Shown in pieces: positions 26,361 through 38,720 of a DNA stretch of 64,000 nt. The stretch spans positions 58,962,001 through 59,026,000 of the forward strand of contig NC_042999.1 in assembly GCF_006345805.1 (NCBI RefSeq), written 5' to 3'. The position numbers and the translations under genes are program-made. The stretch comes from Octopus sinensis. Taxonomy: Eukaryota. Numbering within the stretch: the first letter of the stretch is position 1; the number at the start of each line of letters is the position of its first letter. Under the pieces are notes generated by a model. It saw nothing but the letters and a program-made list of their open reading frames with translations, had not been told where the DNA came from and searched no databases.

Positions 26361-26420
26361 GGATGGATAGATAGATGGATAGATAGATAGGTAGATAGAT
26401 AGAAAGATAGATAGACAGGC

Positions 26421-26466
<46 letters not shown>

Positions 26467-26523
26467 ATACATACAGAGGTGATAGATAGATAGGTAGATA
26501 GATAGAATGAGAGATAGACAGGC

Positions 26524-26558
<35 letters not shown>

Positions 26559-26610
26559 AAGATAGATAGACAGGCAGATAGATAGATAGCTAGCTAGCTA
26601 GCTAGCTAGC

Positions 26611-26695
<85 letters not shown>

Positions 26696-26696
26696 G
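26241..26696. repeat. (AGAT)n tetranucleotide microsatellite with an (AGCT)n patch
   Basis: Directly visible. Confidence 0.95.
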
Positions 26697-26907
26697 GTAA
26701 TCAGAGACACACGGACATATGTAATGAAAGTCTACTTCATTTGAGCCAGGTATTTATCACTGATTGCACAACACTTCACTGGGCAATCGATGATATCTCT
26801 TCCTGTCTGAGCATTTGTACACGCGTCTACATGCATATATGTATATATGTATACATATATATATATATATATATTACATTATATAAAAGGACTTAGTAAA
26901 ATTGTTG

Positions 26908-27004
<97 letters not shown>

Positions 27005-27331
27005 GTGCGTGTGTTTGTGGGCGTGCGCGCGCAAGTGTGTGTGTTTGTGTATGTATATATACAAATATATAAATATTTAGATATATATCCTCGTCAAACA
27101 TGTTACTGTAATTATGTGTATTGCGGCACGAACTTGTTGCAATTTCTGCCAGTCATGTAAAAATACGTAGAAATACGTTGGTACACACAAACACACACAA
27201 ACACACACACACTCGCATACACACAAACAAGTACGCACACAAGCTACACACACATACACGCACCTACAAACACACACGCGCGCACCCACAAACAGACGCA
27301 TACAAAAACAAACAAACACACATACATACAC

Positions 27332-28186
27332 ATATATACATAGGCGTTGGTCTCAACCCAGAACCGACAGTACATACAGGACCGATTCTGGAGGGCAACG
27401 AAACCAGCTAAGCAGACCATAGGGAGTCACCACTGACGTATTCGTGCAAGGACAGTTCGCCGCCGGCTGAGATCTTTCAATCTGTCTTCTGGACCTACGG
27501 TTAGGGGCCCCATCCTCACTAGTGTCATCGACGGGCACGTCTGCTGTGGGCTCAAAAACGTCAGAACTGGTGATATTAGCAGGGGAGGACTGTTGTCTTC
27601 TCTGAATAAAGTCGATAATAAATTTCTGTGGCAGATGGCAGAGCTAGGGTCTAGAGAAGCGGTGACTGCATGCCGATGGCTGTGTGGTAGACAGACACTC
27701 ATAGGGAGAACAGAGCATCATGGTATGGGCGGGATTGCACTCAACCAGAAACTTGGACCATTGATCTTCCAAGCTATCGGCCAAGGCCTGGGCAATGGAG
27801 TAACCGCTGTTCGCTACATCGACAAAGTTTTGAGACCTCACATTGTGCAATACTTTGCCCGTCATCGGAATCGCGTGTTCCAACACGACAACACTCGAGC
27901 CCATACTGCCAGGTTGACAACAGACTTCCTGCAACAGCACAACATCCAGACACTGCCATGGCCTGCTCTAAGTCCGGACTTCAACACCACAGTGCACTCG
28001 TGGGACGAAATCTACAGAAGTCTACATCACATCCGTCCGAGGTTGACGACTGCGGCACAATTCACTGCATGTTTTAACAGACGGTGGGATGCTATCCCCA
28101 TGGCCTTCCTCAATTGTTTTGTGCATTCAATGTACTTACGATGCCCGGCGGTAATCAACGCTAACGGTAGTCACACGAGATATTGA
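27332..28186 (+). pseudogene. Tc1-family DDE transposase, frameshifted
   Basis: RIRARTVRRRLRSFNL (HTH region), then GVTAVRYIDKVLRPHIV...VFQHDNTRAHTARLTTDFLQQHNIQTLPWPALSPDFN..HSWDEI...GSHTRY*. Confidence 0.9.
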
Positions 28187-28297
28187 TTTCATCTCTTTGG
28201 ATTCATTCATTCATACATATATTCCCACGCAGGAAAATATATAGGAAAATTCGTTTTGAGGTTCGAAAATGTCCCTGAATCTAAAAAACATTAAGCC

Positions 28298-28341
<44 letters not shown>

Positions 28342-28613
28342 TCAGAAACAAAAAATGTCGAAGTTAGTCTGGTTTGTGAATAAATCTATTTAAAAACGAC
28401 TTATGAATGTCTGTAAGCCCTAAACGTTTCTGACATTAAATTAAATACATATATATGGTTAATATCTATGTATATATACATGTGTATATGTATATATACA
28501 CACACACACTCACAAACACACACACACACACACGCAAACACATACACACACACATATATGCATTATATGCATATGTATATGCATATATATATGTACATGT
28601 ACATATGCATCTA

Positions 28614-28706
<93 letters not shown>

Positions 28707-28854
28707 ATATATATGTATTGGCCTGCTCGCTTAGCATGCGGGGTAGCGTCATTTGAAAGCTAAAACAATGCGAAGCGCATTGTGACCAGCGATATGTAGC
28801 AAAATCTGATAGCCTGGTCGGTCACAGTGATAGATATATATATTTATATATACA

Positions 28855-28889
<35 letters not shown>

Positions 28890-28943
28890 TCATATATATA
28901 TATATTGATATATATATATATATACATTCATATATATATATAT

Positions 28944-29006
<63 letters not shown>

Positions 29007-29929
29007 TATCTCTATCTCTATATATACATATATATGTATATGTGTTTCTGTCTATCCATCCACTGATTTCTATATAAGTACATATATCTGCATGTGTGTA
29101 TGCGTGTATGTGTTTGTACTTATATGTATATATGATTTTTAACACATACAACACGGCACCTAAGCATGCAGACAGACGGAACCAGGGAAGTAATATATTC
29201 TATATTTATTTTATTATTCTGAGCTCATGTCGTTGAATAAAATCGAATCTTGTTCAGAATTGTCGCATGTCTTATACTTTCTCCGTTTGGAATAATTCAT
29301 TTTGAACTTTATCCGTTATGAACAATCGTGACCAGTATGAGAAAAGACTAGAAATATGCGAACAAACTATTAGCTTTATTTATCTTTCTTTGACCTTTAC
29401 AATCTTCGGTTATTCAACCTACGTTATATGTATGGTTATTATTTTTGGTTTTTTGTTGTTATATTCTTACATAACAATGCTTATCCTTACATTACATAGA
29501 AATAATTCCAACGACAAGTCGTTTAACACTTGAGTTATCAATAACTTGAAGAATGAATGAATTATTTTACGCTGACGTGTCTAGGGTACTTCATTTAGAA
29601 CATGAAAAAAAAAAGATAGATAAAAAAGACGAATTCTTGCAGTATATATCCGACATTATGTAAAAATGTCTACGGGATGCCTATTTTGTAGTATTTGTTA
29701 GAGCATTAAACAGTTGCAGAACTGTTATTTAAATGTCAAGCTGCAGAGCTGCATAAGTTGCAAAATTTCTTATTGTAAAGCTGACAAAGGTACACGGTAA
29801 TGATGCAACAGTGGATTAGAAGATGAAGATGACACTACTGCAAAGTTACAGACACACAGTCACAGACACACAGACACACACACACAGCTAAGCACACACG
29901 CACACACACACACAAAATGTATATACACA

Positions 29930-29941
29930 TATAGATATATC

Positions 29942-29987
<46 letters not shown>

Positions 29988-30227
29988 TACATATTTATAT
30001 ATATACATATATATACATATTTATACATATATATACATATATATATATATATACACATATATATACATATATATATACATATAAACATTTTTAAGGATTT
30101 TAAGGATATATATATGCATTTATATATATATGTGTATATATATATATGTATTATATATATATATATATGTGTGTATTTATATGTATATATATATATGTAT
30201 TTATATGTATATATATATGTATTTATA

Positions 30228-30272
<45 letters not shown>

Positions 30273-30305
30273 ATATATATATATATATGTATGTATATAT
30301 ATATG

Positions 30306-30338
<33 letters not shown>

Positions 30339-30407
30339 GTATGTATATATATATATGTATATATATATGTATTATATATATATATGTATGTATATATATA
30401 TATGTAT

Positions 30408-30450
<43 letters not shown>

Positions 30451-30490
30451 CTTATATATATGTATGTATATATATAATATATATGTTACT
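29930..30490. repeat. Degenerate (TA)n/(TATG)n microsatellite block
   Basis: Directly visible. Confidence 0.9.
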
Positions 30491-31436
30491 TATAGTGAGA
30501 TATTTCAGGTTTGTATGTGTTTTACAAGAGTCTTCACGTACCGTTCGCTAAATCTATTTAGATGAAAATCGGATTCTTTTATTGAAGTTTTACTGTCAGG
30601 AGAAGCGAAATATCAGTTTAGCATAATTTTACTCTTCTTCCTTTCTTCTTAATTTTGCTGTTGCATAATCTCAGTTGTACAACGGAAATCTTGTGCAAAA
30701 GATTTCAGCCGAAAAACGTTCTATCTGTGACCGGTCCATTTTATTCAACATAATGTGTCCGAGATAATTTTTGTCATGCTGCCGGTCTTTAAATGTATTA
30801 CAGAGCGATTTAAGATAGAAATAGCAGTTATTTCAAGTTTACTAACAAGTGGTCAGTTATTCCCTTGTAGCTATGTCTTGTGCACAATTTTCAGCAATCA
30901 GTTAAAACGCAATATGTATATAATTTTCCGTTACTTTAATTTTTTTTACTAATGTAGAACTTGCATAGGATGGTAAATTGACAGAAGCATGGCTGTTGGA
31001 AAAAAAAACCCCGAAAACGAAAACCAAAACTTCCAACATTTATTCCGACTCTTTACATTCTGCGTTCCAATCCCGCTTATGTGAAAGGTGTCTTTCGTGT
31101 TTTCAGACTCGATAAATTAAAGTACCACTGTACCGGTGAAACACTGAGTCGATTAATCAGCCAACCCACTTTCATTAAAATTGCTGGTTTTCTGCCAAGG
31201 TTTCGAAACTTAGGTACAACGTTGTAGTCATTATATGGACGGTTGACTGGTGGTATTGTTAGAACGTCGATCTAAATGTTTTGCAATATTTATATGGGCT
31301 TCTACGTTCCCGGTTCATATCCTGTCGAGATAACTGGCTTACAGGATTTCAGTTCTGGGTTAAATGGTATCGACTAAGTCGGCCTTCCAAAATTTACTGG
31401 CATTGCGCCTAAATTACAAATCGTTATTATTGTGAC

Positions 31437-31746
31437 TGTGGAAGCACATGGCCTAGTGGTTAGAGCAGCGGACTCGTGGTCGAGGGATCGCAGGTTCGAA
31501 TCTCAGACCGGGCGATGTGTGTGTGTTTATAAACGAAACACCTAAGCTCCACGTGGCTCCGGCAAAAGGTAATAGCGAACTTATGCTGACTCTTTCGCCA
31601 CAACTTTCTCTCACTCTTTTCTCCTGCATCTTACAGATCACCTGCGACGGACCGGCGTCCTGTCTTGGTGGGGAACCTATACGCAAAGGAAGCTGGGAAA
31701 CCGGTCCTTATGAGCCAGGTCTGGCTCGAGAAGGAACAAACAACAA
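31437..31746 (+). mobile_element. tRNA-derived SINE (family C-related), full length
   Basis: A-box tggcctagtggttagagc, B-box ggttcgaatc, (aac)n tail. Confidence 0.85.
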
Positions 31747-31750
31747 TTAT

Positions 31751-32018
31751 TGTGAGGTTATGAGTTCGATTCCCTCATCGGGCAATGTGTTGTGTTCTTA
31801 AGCAAGACACTTCAGTTTACTCAGCTGTAGAAATGATTTGCTACGTCACTGGTGCCAAGCTGTATCAGCATCTGCCTTTCTCTTGGATAACATTGACGTG
31901 GATAGGGTAGGCATGGCCAACTGATGGTCTTCCATAAACGACATTTGCCAGACTTTTGCGTAGTAGGGGACCTTTCTCGGTGCAAGTCCATGGTCATTCC
32001 TAACCGAAGGGTGTCTTT
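31751..32018 (+). mobile_element. Degenerate SINE with B-box and CORE-like middle
   Basis: gagttcgattccc...ttcttaagcaagacactt. Confidence 0.5.
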
Positions 32019-35000
32019 ATGTTATAGTTACAATTTTTGTTCTATAAACTCAGGTCACTCTAATCCAACAGCCTTAAGATGTAAGGTATTTCAGCCATCT
32101 TCATGAAATCACTTTGTGTACCTAAAACTAAATTTTCTACACATTCTAGACATTTATTAACAGAGAAAAGTATCTCTCCTCCTTTATTCCGGACAAGTTA
32201 TTAGCTTACAATTATTTCTATTGATATAAGTTTAGACACTACTAAGCTGTTCTATCATTCTTGCATAACAGTGCAAGAAGGGACAAAATGTTTAATTCAT
32301 TAATAATGCTCTACACAGCGGTAATCGCTAAATTACTAGCGTCACTAAACGAAAAAAAGAATATATATTATTTGTTTCCTTTCTCCAAGAGGCAATATCC
32401 AGTTTATTAACATGTGCTTGAATTAGCTATTCAGTATAACACCTTCAAACTGAGTTACCTAAATTCTTACCAGCAAACCGTTACATTTATTTCCATTCGT
32501 GTCATTTTAGAGATACAGAAATTTCTACAATCGGCTCTGTTTTCAAATCATTTTCTACAAGTGGAAGTTCATTCATTGACTAAAGTTAGAATGGGAAGTC
32601 TATCCTTTTCTGATGAGGTCTAAGAAAATTGAAATACATCCAGAACTGTCAGACAATGAAGTTTATACATGGTCCTCTCTCAGCATGAAAATGAAATGTT
32701 CTCTGAGATTGTTTATTTCTTTATATCTCCCCTTTATTTAAGATTTTTTTTTTAACATTTACGTCTAGCCTTTTGTTATTTCTATAATTAAGAGGAAGGT
32801 GGAAAATTGACAGGATTGCTAGAGCGAATGATGGAGTGTCTACTTTGTGGGAATTTCCCCATCTATGTGTGAGCTAAGTTTAAATCTCATTGATGCCAAC
32901 TTTGCTTTTCGTCTATTCAGGGTCAATGGAAATGTATCGATCCAGGACTGTGGATTGCTGTAAGAGTTATGTATGCTGCGACAATTTGCCTGCTGACATC
33001 AACAACTGCGACGACACTGGTTCCCACAGTACCAATCTTGTTCAAGTCGGCAATTTCTTCTTTAAACTTTGGTCAGATGTCTAAAGAAGACTTGCAAGCA
33101 TGGATAATTGCTAGTGTACCTCAAAAGCCTCGCCGAAGTTTCAGCATACGTGTGCAGATGTATGGTTAATTCCGGCGACGGATATCCTACAACGTTACAT
33201 TTCGATCGATGAGAAGCGTTCTGTATGCATCGTTGAATACATCATTGCCTATTTTAATTGACTAAGTTCATTGGATTACACAAGAAAATTAATAGTCTGA
33301 ACATATTTGAAAATGAACGCAGGTAATTAATGTGTGAAGTAGGTGGCACGGATGAGAGTACTGTACTATTACGAAAATGCAGACATCTCGTAGCATATAT
33401 TTAAGTTATAATAGTAAATGTCAGGTGGACAAGAAAGATACCTGGAAAATTGAAGACGAGACTGGGGGAAGCGGTGTAAGTCGTTAATTTTATAAAACCT
33501 AACCCGTTTAATTCTCGAATAAATCCATTTTACCGTTTCTTTTAATATTTAACATTTATCGTACTTGTCCAACATCTAAATTGTTAATGCAGTTCTATAT
33601 TTAAGAGATTAGGAATTATGCACATTATTTACATTTGACGGATATTTGTTCATACAAATTATTCCCAGGTAAATACCCATGTTGTCACAAAAGTATTTTA
33701 GGAATAGAGCTGGTAGTGGTACGTTTTGTTATTATTTCTAGCTGATTGCCTGACAGCGTAAATGGCCTTTATTTTTGACTTGTTGCGATAGATGATATGG
33801 TTAATCTAAATGTTTCGATTATTATCATCTTATACTTGATAGTAGTTTATTCAATATATATCTGAAAAATATGTAAGTTACGTTAAAATAATTAATGAAG
33901 TGAACAAAAACAAAAGAATAACATTAACTGAACTTGATTACAAAAAAAAATAATCCAACGACTAAACTAACTTTAGAACAAGTACGATAGATAAGTGTTA
34001 ACATGTTACGTGCTTTTATTTTCTTTTGGCTCATTAGCATTTTTTTCTGAACTAATCTTGGAAGAACCATCATATAATTTTACGAGATTGTTCACTGGTT
34101 GAACAACGTAATTATTTAAAGAAGGAACCCAGGGAGGCAATCCACGTTTGTTTTAACAGGTTTAATGGAAGCTGTATTAAAATTCTATGATCAGGTCATC
34201 ATAATCTAGAAATACGTCCAGTGTTGTCCCTTGCCTCGCCATACCTCCTGAAATAATTAGAAAAATATTAGTCATTGACTAATATATTTTCTCTCACTGC
34301 TTAATTATTTCTAATTATTTATTAAATATATTGACTATTTAATCTAACTATGTTAATTTAACTATGGTATTTTATGTGTACGGCATTCGTGAATAATAGA
34401 TTACCTGAAATTGAACGCTGCAAATGAGAATGCTGAAAAAGAATGAGACGCTAGAGCAGTTAATATAGAAAGCTAGAGGTAAGGTTGTTCCATGCGTTAG
34501 CGTATCAACAGAAAACTGCATGGGATGGTGATGCTTGCACATACATGTTACAGTAAAGGCGGTTTACAGCTCCATATATCGAACTGGAGAATGTAGGAGA
34601 GTAATAAAGGAACAGATGAAAAATGGATAAAAACTTGAAGGGATGATATTAACAGTCGACAGGTTGTTTATCTTTAAAATCTAGCAACCGAAGAAACTGT
34701 CATTATCAATATACAGAATGTCCTTTTTAAACGATACATGTATATGTTATTCTTAGTCTGTAGATCTCGTCAGGTGTCCTCAAACCTTGGTCATAAATTC
34801 GATGAACGCTAACTATTCGTCAAATATCTGCAGGAAATTATGTTCATGCTGGATCCTTTGAGGAGCCTGCATATCCCAATCCTTGACACACAGCTTCGGT
34901 TGCCGAATGCTCACGTTAATGAAGGGTTGGGGAGTCTAGTTAGCAATCAGCATGCGCGTTACTTTTCTCGCCTCATCTTGAAGTGCTGAGTTTCACTTTA

Positions 35001-35043
35001 GTATCTTTTGTATCCCTCCAACAGCGAGATCATTAAAGCAAAT

Positions 35044-35100
<57 letters not shown>

Positions 35101-35511
35101 ATATATATACGAGCAAAGCGCGCCCCGTCCAGTGGACAGTGCTGAGTTGTCAAATATTTAAATCAAATTTTCTCAAAACAACTTGTCCGACCGTCCCGTA
35201 GGCCTCCCCTTTGAGAAACACTGATTTAACCTAAATTTGAGACACCAGCAAAAGAAGAATTAAAGACAGACTTTTTTCTATTCCAAAGAAAAACGTTTTT
35301 ATTCACACAAATATACAACCGAAGAGTTTAAAGTACTTACGCGTACAAATGCATGTTCCCATGCCTTTATCGATTGCATTCTAACCTGGAATCGATTTTT
35401 GTAATTTTTTGAAGACTTATACACGTCCTGATATCGTCGGTATCTACATATCAAATTTGAGAGGAATCGGGTGGAGGGTGCCCGAGATCCGAGAAGACAC
35501 ACAACGGATTT

Positions 35512-35579
<68 letters not shown>

Positions 35580-36244
35580 GATTTTGGCTGTTGTAGATAG
35601 GTTTGGACAATGTCTACGCAGGCGGAAATAAGTGTCCACAACTGTCCTCTCATCTCCAGACAACAAGCCTGTCTTTGCATCATTGGTATATCAACATTTG
35701 GACTATTCTAATTTGCTTAAATCATCATCGGAGACAGTTTTAATAGCACAAGAACTTTTGCCACATCAATTCAACTCTCTACTCGACGTCACATATTTTC
35801 CGCTCATTTCTTAAAATACATTTATCCTGATCACACCTTCATTCCAACATTTTCTTATCTTATGCCATTAATCTGATTAATATAATTTAATATAGCAGTA
35901 TGTTTTTTTTCTGGAAGCCGCTTAATATAAGCACGACTAATTTTTCAGCTCGTTATTGTCATCATAGTAAGTGCAAAAACTCATTATTAGCTTAACAGTA
36001 TCCATGTATTATTACTGAAAGTGCTTCATGCTAAATGATCGGTGTAAGCGGTAACCTATATAAAACAATATAGGGACAACTTTGAGTGTGGGGTTAATAA
36101 TTTCCAAGCGCAATTTTGTGCTAACATAACACCATTGGACGGTATTATGGCTATGTGTCTAAAACATAATTTCGGGTTGACCAAAATTTGTGAAAGAACT
36201 ATAGGCGAACGGAAATAGTGCGAATGGTATGTATACATACATAC

Positions 36245-36480
36245 ATGGGGAACTGGGATATGTAACACGCTGCCTAAATACAAATCTTGAGAATTAGGTT
36301 TCTCAAAACGAGAAAGAAGAAAGCTGATCCGAAGACTAAAGATCCAATCCATCACTGGAATCGTGAAAGTCTGTAAAACTTTCCTGAAGTTTATCATTTA
36401 AATATATATATGAGCATGTCTAGATATGCAACTGTAATGCATGAGAATACATAAATAAAGCCAAACATACAAATCTACAC
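36245..36480 (+). mobile_element. R4/Dong-like (REL-endonuclease) non-LTR retrotransposon 3' end
   Basis: GELGYVTRCLNTNLE/LGFSKRERRKLIRRLKIQSITGIVKVCKTFLKF (one frameshift) resembles the R4/Dong C-terminus. Flanked by (CATA)n on both sides. Confidence 0.65.
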
Positions 36481-36544
36481 ACATACTTACATAGATACAT
36501 ACATACATGCATACATAGATACATACAATACATAGATACATACA

Positions 36545-36900
36545 TTATTATGGCTGCCCCCTCATTATCTAGTATGGCCATTGCACGAAGCTTAATTGTT
36601 ACTGGTGCTGTGATCGAATGTGACTTTTTAGCCCAGCTAAAGATCTACAATGTCTTGTACAGAATTGGCAACTAATACCTTTACCGGTAATAGTCGGCTG
36701 TAGTTGTAACTGGGCTTCATGTATCTTTGCATGTCGTTTAAGTCCTCCTGCCGAATTACACTCTCTTCCACATGCCTGACAGATATGATTAGTATGGTGT
36801 GTTATACCACCACCAGTGGCTAGGTTGTCACTCATTTGTCTCGCTTTATGACTACGAAGATGACTCTTGAGTCCAGCTTTACTGTGGCAGGGTCTTACAT
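36545..36900 (-). mobile_element. RTE-like LINE 3' end encoding tandem C2H2-like fingers
   Basis: RPCHSKAGLKSHLRSH / CQACGRECNSAGGLKRHAKIH / CQFCTRHCRSLAGLKSHIRSQH*, a short 3' UTR ending gagggggcagccataataa, inserted in (CATA)n. Confidence 0.7.
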
Positions 36901-37084
36901 GCATACATACATACATACATACATACATACATACATACATACATACAAATAAATATACCTTGTTGATGTTGAAATTCCAATGAAGGACCTTTGGATCTAG
37001 GCTAGAAACAGGCTCTTTCCCTATTGGCAAGAACTCTCGAAATAAAACTGAACAATCACATACATATTTACACGCACATACAAT

Positions 37085-37243
37085 AAGCATGAGGGACTGT
37101 ATAGTAAGACGCTTGCTTCCCAAGCACATCGTTCCGAGTTCAATCCCAGTGCGTGGCGTCTTGGGTAAGTGTCTTCTCCTATGGCCTCAGACCGACCAGA
37201 GCCTTGTGAGTTTGTTTGGAAGACGGAAACTGAAAGAAGCCCA
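37085..37243 (+). mobile_element. SINE family A 5' half, degenerate
   Basis: gagttcaatcccagtgcgtggcgtcttgggtaagtgtcttc...gacggaaactgaaagaagccc. Confidence 0.7.
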
Positions 37244-38157
37244 TAGTAATAATAATTAACAAGCCAGGGACGGAATTTTTCTTGTTTCCTGGTACCTTAA
37301 TTGTAGAACATTTTTTTTTCAGTATCATATGAGTAAGAAAAAAAAAAGTATCATAAGATCTGAGACCTGACTTGAATGCTGTAATAATGCAAACTCCGCA
37401 ACGGACGCCTTGTAATCAGATGGGGGCTTTAAAACGGATGATGGATTAAGAGTACCTCCCAAGAAGGCGGAAAACTAAGATCTTACAAAGTTTCTATTTA
37501 CCAAATATTTGTGACAAGGATTAGGAAGATTCGAGGCTATGGTAGCAGATCCATGTAGTGAGATTGAATTCGAAACCAAGTAATTGTGGAGCGAGATTCT
37601 TAAACCTTGGCTGAAATACGGGAAACTAGTGAAAAGGTAAAAGAAATAGAGCAGTTGAAGGCTTTCATTAAATTCTATTTAATGGTTTCTCTTTCCTGTA
37701 ATTTTTGCTGACAAGGAATAACTCATTTTATTAAAATAGAATTCAAAGATTTTACAAATATTTTTGTTTTCTTCTTTTAAAGTAGAATTCTGATAACAAT
37801 GTTTTTTGTTAAAGGTATTCAGTGATTACATTGTTACCTTGAAGATAACAAAGTTGATGCTGGCCCCGAGCCTAGAGCATTGGACTAAATCTATTACAGT
37901 ATTAAGTTACTTCACTTCAATTCTGAATCCTTGTCTTTGCGGATTTGGTTTTTCCTTTCTTAGCCTAGAGCTCATTGAAATAAAACTAACCATCAAAAAT
38001 GTGAATAGTCTAAAGACATTATCATTATTCAGAATAATATATTTCAGTTACGGTGGAAAAACTACAGCCGAATATCAACTATGTATATCTCCAACGTGAA
38101 TAAATCTAACCACACAGATCTAATAATGCATTAGTATGTGTACGATAAACGATAAAT

Positions 38158-38334
38158 GTCGCCCTTTTCAAGCCTAACCAGGCTCGTGGGTCCGGTTTCC
38201 CGGTTTCTGTGGCGTATGTGTCCCCCATCAGCTTGACGGGACGCCAGTCCATCGCAGCGTTACTCAAGAAACAGGAAGAAAGACTGAGAGAAAGTGGTGG
38301 CGAAAGAGTACAACAGGAGTCGCCACCACTTTTA
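38158..38334 (-). mobile_element. SINE family C 3' half
   Basis: Reverse-complement match to 22360-22465 and 31580-31620. Confidence 0.7.
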
Positions 38335-38720
38335 TGTGTCCAAGCATATGTGCTGCTTCTTTTAGTTTTCGTATTTTCCAGTATATTATTTCTCTGTCTA
38401 TTATTTTAACTTCATCCCACAGGGGGAGGTGGTCTCCATTTTCCCATACATGACCAGCTATACTCGATTTATCAATATTTCCTCGTGTCACAGATTTGCG
38501 ATGTTCCTGTATCCTTATTTTGAAGGAGCGGCATATTTCGCCTTTGTATAACCCACTACTGCTGCATGGGCTGGAGCACACGCAGTGTTTGGTCATATTC
38601 TCTTCTATTCGTGATTTTACTCGGAGATATTTGCAAAGTGTTGTATTACTCTTGAATACTGTCCTGATATTATATGGGCCGCATGTCTTCTGCATCTTTT
38701 CGGAGAGGCGTTTCATATAG
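38335..38720 (-). pseudogene. Penelope-like element (Poseidon-type) GIY-YIG endonuclease fragment
   Basis: NIRTVFKSNTTL..YLRVK...KHCVCSSPCSSSGLYKGEICRSFKIRIQEHRK..RGNIDKSSIAGHVW..DHLPLWDEVKIIDRE...RKLKEA. Confidence 0.88.

Noticed and set aside
31437-31510. tRNA gene
   Set aside because: It has A and B boxes but continues into a SINE body and (aac)n tail, with no acceptor stem or terminator.
32605-32650. CTGATGA...GAAA hammerhead candidate
   Set aside because: Stems I and II do not pair. The same applies to 42765-42790 and 46560-46590.
36599-36900. Host C2H2 zinc-finger gene exon
   Set aside because: There are no TGEKP linkers or splice sites, and the RTE-like 3' UTR, tail and microsatellite flanks indicate a LINE C-terminus.
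38291-38332. 13-bp inverted repeat at the Penelope/SINE junction, suggesting fold-back priming
   Set aside because: A corresponding ggcga...tcgcc hairpin exists in the intact related SINE at ~31565-31605, so it is native to the SINE.
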